From NCBI GenBank assembly GCA_937995785.1, contig CALKJQ010000035.1:133-64132 (forward strand): DNA of 64,000 nucleotides. The letters are read 5' to 3'. The notes under the pieces are model-generated. The model saw only the letters and a list, made by a program, of their open reading frames with translations, was not told the origin of the DNA and did no database searches. The stretch comes from Candidatus Kapaibacterium sp. (GTDB taxonomy: Bacteria; Bacteroidota; Ignavibacteria; Kapaibacteriales; UBA2268). Shown piece after piece: positions 61,187 through 64,000 of the stretch. Both the position numbers and the translations under genes were made by a program. Each line of letters starts with the position of its first letter. Within the stretch, counting starts at the first letter, position 1.

Positions 61187-62064
61187 TATAATCTCTTAAT
61201 TTTATATTTGTTTTTATTTTTCTCTAAATATTTAATAATACTATTTTCCCCAACTAAATGGGCAGCACCTATCACAATAAAATATTGTTTGCGATTTTTT
61301 AATAATTTTTTAATGGACAATGCCATTGATTCGTTTCTTCTGAATAAAATTTCGTGGAATACTTTCAGATATTCTTGGCTTGCTTCGTTTTTGTTGGAAA
61401 TTTCGTTAATTAACTCATTTATCTTTTGATCGTTACCCTCAATCCAATTGTTAATTAAATTATTCAGATATTCCTCTGTTTCTTCATTATTATCCAATCT
61501 TTCTATAATTTCATCGGCACAGCAATCAAATTTTTCGAGTAAACCAAGTTGGAAATCTATTTCTTCGATTCCAATGATTTCTTTGTTTAGTTCATTAGCT
61601 TTTCGATTAAAGTAAAGATCAACTCCGTCTTTAGAATTGATATTGCCTTGTTGCATTTCCGTTCGTTGCAAACTGAAAGCAATAAACCAAGGGCGAATTC
61701 GCTGAATCATTGATTCGCTTAATCCCAGTTTGCCCAATTTGCTGACTAATTTTTGATAGTTTTCGGGTTTTAATTTGTACTTTAAATCAATTGTATCGGT
61801 CGCAAACATCCTATTTATAAAGGTAAATTGCGATACAGAGTTCATATCAACTTCGGTAACCAATACGTCTGAGTTAGCAAATGCATCCTCGATGTATTTC
61901 TCGAAAGGATACCATTCGGGTTTTCCAAAATGAATAGACCCAAAAATATATGCCTTCGAGGAATCAGTGGAAATTTCGTAGAAGAAGTATTTGGCTTGTA
62001 AATCCCATTTAAACAAAAAGAATAGAATTAACAAGAAGAGAATATTTGATATTATTCGTTTCAT
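61186..62064 (-). CDS. TraB/GumN family protein
   Basis: YIFGSIH, GVD, IGIE...FQ, RN..M, IGAAHLVG; signal peptide. Confidence 0.85.
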   Translation of the reverse strand: MKRIISNILFLLILFFLFKWDLQAKYFFYEISTDSSKAYIFGSIHFGKPEWYPFEKYIEDAFANSDVLVTEVDMNSVSQFTFINRMFATDTIDLKYKLKPENYQKLVSKLGKLGLSESMIQRIRPWFIAFSLQRTEMQQGNINSKDGVDLYFNRKANELNKEIIGIEEIDFQLGLLEKFDCCADEIIERLDNNEETEEYLNNLINNWIEGNDQKINELINEISNKNEASQEYLKVFHEILFRRNESMALSIKKLLKNRKQYFIVIGAAHLVGENSIIKYLEKNKNKYKIKRL

Positions 62065-62170
62065 TTCGTTGTTTTTACTACAAAATTATTAAAAAAAGAA
62101 TAGAAATAGTAAAATCAAATTTAGACTTAAGAATTTCGTTTTTAATATTCTATTTATTAACGAATTTTAA

Positions 62171-63565
62171 ATGAGCAAAGAAATAACAAACCAAAAGAAT
62201 GATTTAGAAAACCACCTAACCCCCCATCAAATTGTTAATGAGTTAGACAAATATATCATTGGCCAGAATGCAGCAAAAAAATCTGTTGCCATAGCGCTCC
62301 GCAACCGATGGAGGAGGCAGAAAGTGGACGATCCGATCCGAGAAGAAATAATGCCCAACAATATAATAATGATTGGTCCTACCGGTGTGGGTAAAACCGA
62401 GATTGCTCGTAGGTTGGCATCCATCGCTCAAGCTCCTTTTGTAAAAGTGGAGGCAACCAAGTTCACCGAAGTAGGGTACGTCGGGCGTGATGTGGAGTCG
62501 ATGATACGCGAACTTGTTGAGCGGTCTGTTCAAGTTGTTAAAGAAGAATATCGAAAGCGAAATGAAATAAAAGCCAAACAAGCTGCCGAAGATAGGTTAT
62601 TGGAAATATTAGTGCCGTCTTCGTCGTCCGAGGCTTCATTTTTTAATCAAAACGTCGATAAACAATCCGAAGAACTCCAAGATACCAGAGAAAAAATCCG
62701 ACAACTACTCAAGAAAGGCAAGATGAACGACCGCGAGATCGAAATTGACGTTACTGTTGATTCTTCCTCATCAATGCAAATTTTAGGTCCTTTTGGTATG
62801 GACGAAATGGGAATGAATATCCAAGATATTATGAGTAGCTTAATGCCCAAGAAGACCAAGAAAAGAAAGGTGAAAGTTGCCGAAGCATTGAAAATTCTCG
62901 AAAAGGACGAAGTGGACAAACTTATTGATATGGATGCTGTCGTAACAGAGGCTATCAAAAGGGCTGAAAATGCAGGGATTGTTTTCATCGATGAAATCGA
63001 CAAAATTGTATCCAATTCGTCGAATCGGGGGTCGGGTCCCGATGTATCTCGCGAGGGAGTTCAACGAGATCTATTGCCAATAGTGGAAGGTTCTACAGTA
63101 AATACAAAGTATGGGACTATTCGTACCGATCATATTTTGTTTATTGCAAGTGGAGCATTTCATGTTTCGAAACCATCAGATTTAATACCCGAGCTACAAG
63201 GTCGGTTTCCCATTAGAGTGGAATTGCAAAGTTTGACCGAAGAAGATTTTGTAAAAATTCTAACTATTCCCGAAAATGCCTTGATAAAACAGTATCAAGC
63301 TCTGCTTGCAAGCGAAAACATTGAATTGAAATTCTCCGATGATGCAATAAGAGAAATTGCATCGATATCGGCTACAATTAATAGCGAAGTTACAAATATT
63401 GGAGCGCGTAGATTGCACACAATTATGACATCATTACTCGAAGAAATAATGTTCGACGTTCCCGAAATCATAACTGACAATAAAATAGAAATAAACGCCG
63501 AATTTGTGAAATCGAAGCTTTCGAATATTACAAAAAATATTGATGTTTCTAAGTTTATCCTTTAA
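62171..63565 (+). CDS. hslU: ATP-dependent protease ATPase subunit HslU
   Basis: [71 protein letters not shown]. Confidence 0.97.
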   Translation: MSKEITNQKNDLENHLTPHQIVNELDKYIIGQNAAKKSVAIALRNRWRRQKVDDPIREEIMPNNIIMIGPTGVGKTEIARRLASIAQAPFVKVEATKFTEVGYVGRDVESMIRELVERSVQVVKEEYRKRNEIKAKQAAEDRLLEILVPSSSSEASFFNQNVDKQSEELQDTREKIRQLLKKGKMNDREIEIDVTVDSSSSMQILGPFGMDEMGMNIQDIMSSLMPKKTKKRKVKVAEALKILEKDEVDKLIDMDAVVTEAIKRAENAGIVFIDEIDKIVSNSSNRGSGPDVSREGVQRDLLPIVEGSTVNTKYGTIRTDHILFIASGAFHVSKPSDLIPELQGRFPIRVELQSLTEEDFVKILTIPENALIKQYQALLASENIELKFSDDAIREIASISATINSEVTNIGARRLHTIMTSLLEEIMFDVPEIITDNKIEINAEFVKSKLSNITKNIDVSKFIL

Positions 63566-64000
63566 TTAGGACAAAACTGATACAAAATAGGATACCAAAC
63601 TCGAAAAATCAGATTGGGATTGATACAATAAATAAATACCAAAAACAATAATTGCTATTATACCAATACCAACCAGGTATACTTTTTGAAATCTTATATC
63701 AAACACAACAGAAGTTGCCTTGAGAACCCGAAAAATAGACAAAATAAAGATTAATATCGAAAATAAAATGATTATGTTGAATATTACAGAATCGATTTGA
63801 AGCAACTTGAACAAAATCAAATCGAAAGGCAACAAAAATACTATAGGCAAACTTCCCCAAATGGTTATATTCATTACATCGAAATAACTTACCCTTCTAT
63901 GTGTTAAATAAGCAAAAAACCTAATAATTATTGCCACGAGATAAATTAACAGCAAGAAAAGCAATGCGAAAACGACTACTCCTGCTAATGGTATCCAGAT
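63566..64000 (-). CDS. C-terminal part of a multi-pass membrane protein (runs off the window)
   Basis: Several hydrophobic segments; the reading frame appears open to the window edge, so the listed start at 63964 is probably internal. Confidence 0.55.
   Translation of the reverse strand: MWIPLAGVVVFALLFLLLIYLVAIIIRFFAYLTHRRVSYFDVMNITIWGSLPIVFLLPFDLILFKLLQIDSVIFNIIILFSILIFILSIFRVLKATSVVFDIRFQKVYLVGIGIIAIIVFGIYLLYQSQSDFSSLVSYFVSVLS

Noticed and set aside
1..64000. CRISPR array, rRNA, prophage or intact transposase
   Set aside because: No regularly spaced repeats, rRNA-like segments, or phage/transposase ORFs were seen; nearly all of the window is accounted for by the listed genes.

Overview
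AT-rich bacterial chromosomal window, mostly core genes. Several features point to the Bacteroidota-Chlorobiota superphylum, most plausibly a Kapabacteria/Ignavibacteria-like organism (inference): a T9SS-type C-terminal domain, DUF3078- and DUF4249-like proteins, TAnnTTTG-type promoters, and, alongside these, chemotaxis genes, split gcvPA and class I FBPase. Contents: an arginine/ornithine operon (OTCase, carbamate kinase, ATCase-like enzyme, ornithine aminotransferase, arginine-synthetase/ArcE-like P-loop protein); three tRNAs; uvrD/pcrA; a LeuC/LeuD-type hydro-lyase; pdxB; hflX; pspA with a YbjN-like partner; ybaB-recR; gcvPA; fbp; rpsT; a metal-uptake TonB locus; murD-ftsW-secA; a chemosensory cluster (NtrC, HEAT, cheR, cheY, cheY, cheZ, cheA); xerC; a second TonB locus; a secreted deiminase; hppA; ftsQAZ; hslU. 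No CRISPR array, prophage or intact transposon was seen. Most interesting: (1) a tandem, apparently complementary UmuD-like pair, one keeping the Ala-Gly cleavage site but lacking the Ser/Lys dyad, the other keeping the dyad but lacking the site, with no umuC alongside; (2) a His-rich leader ORF ending in the RAPP ribosome-arrest motif ahead of a lipoprotein and a ZnuD-like receptor; (3) the arginine-synthetase operon carrying an ATCase-like enzyme with an altered aspartate-site residue; (4) an unannotated GC-rich element or 20-codon ORF ahead of an M16 peptidase. All family assignments were made by eye from motifs; no searches were run.
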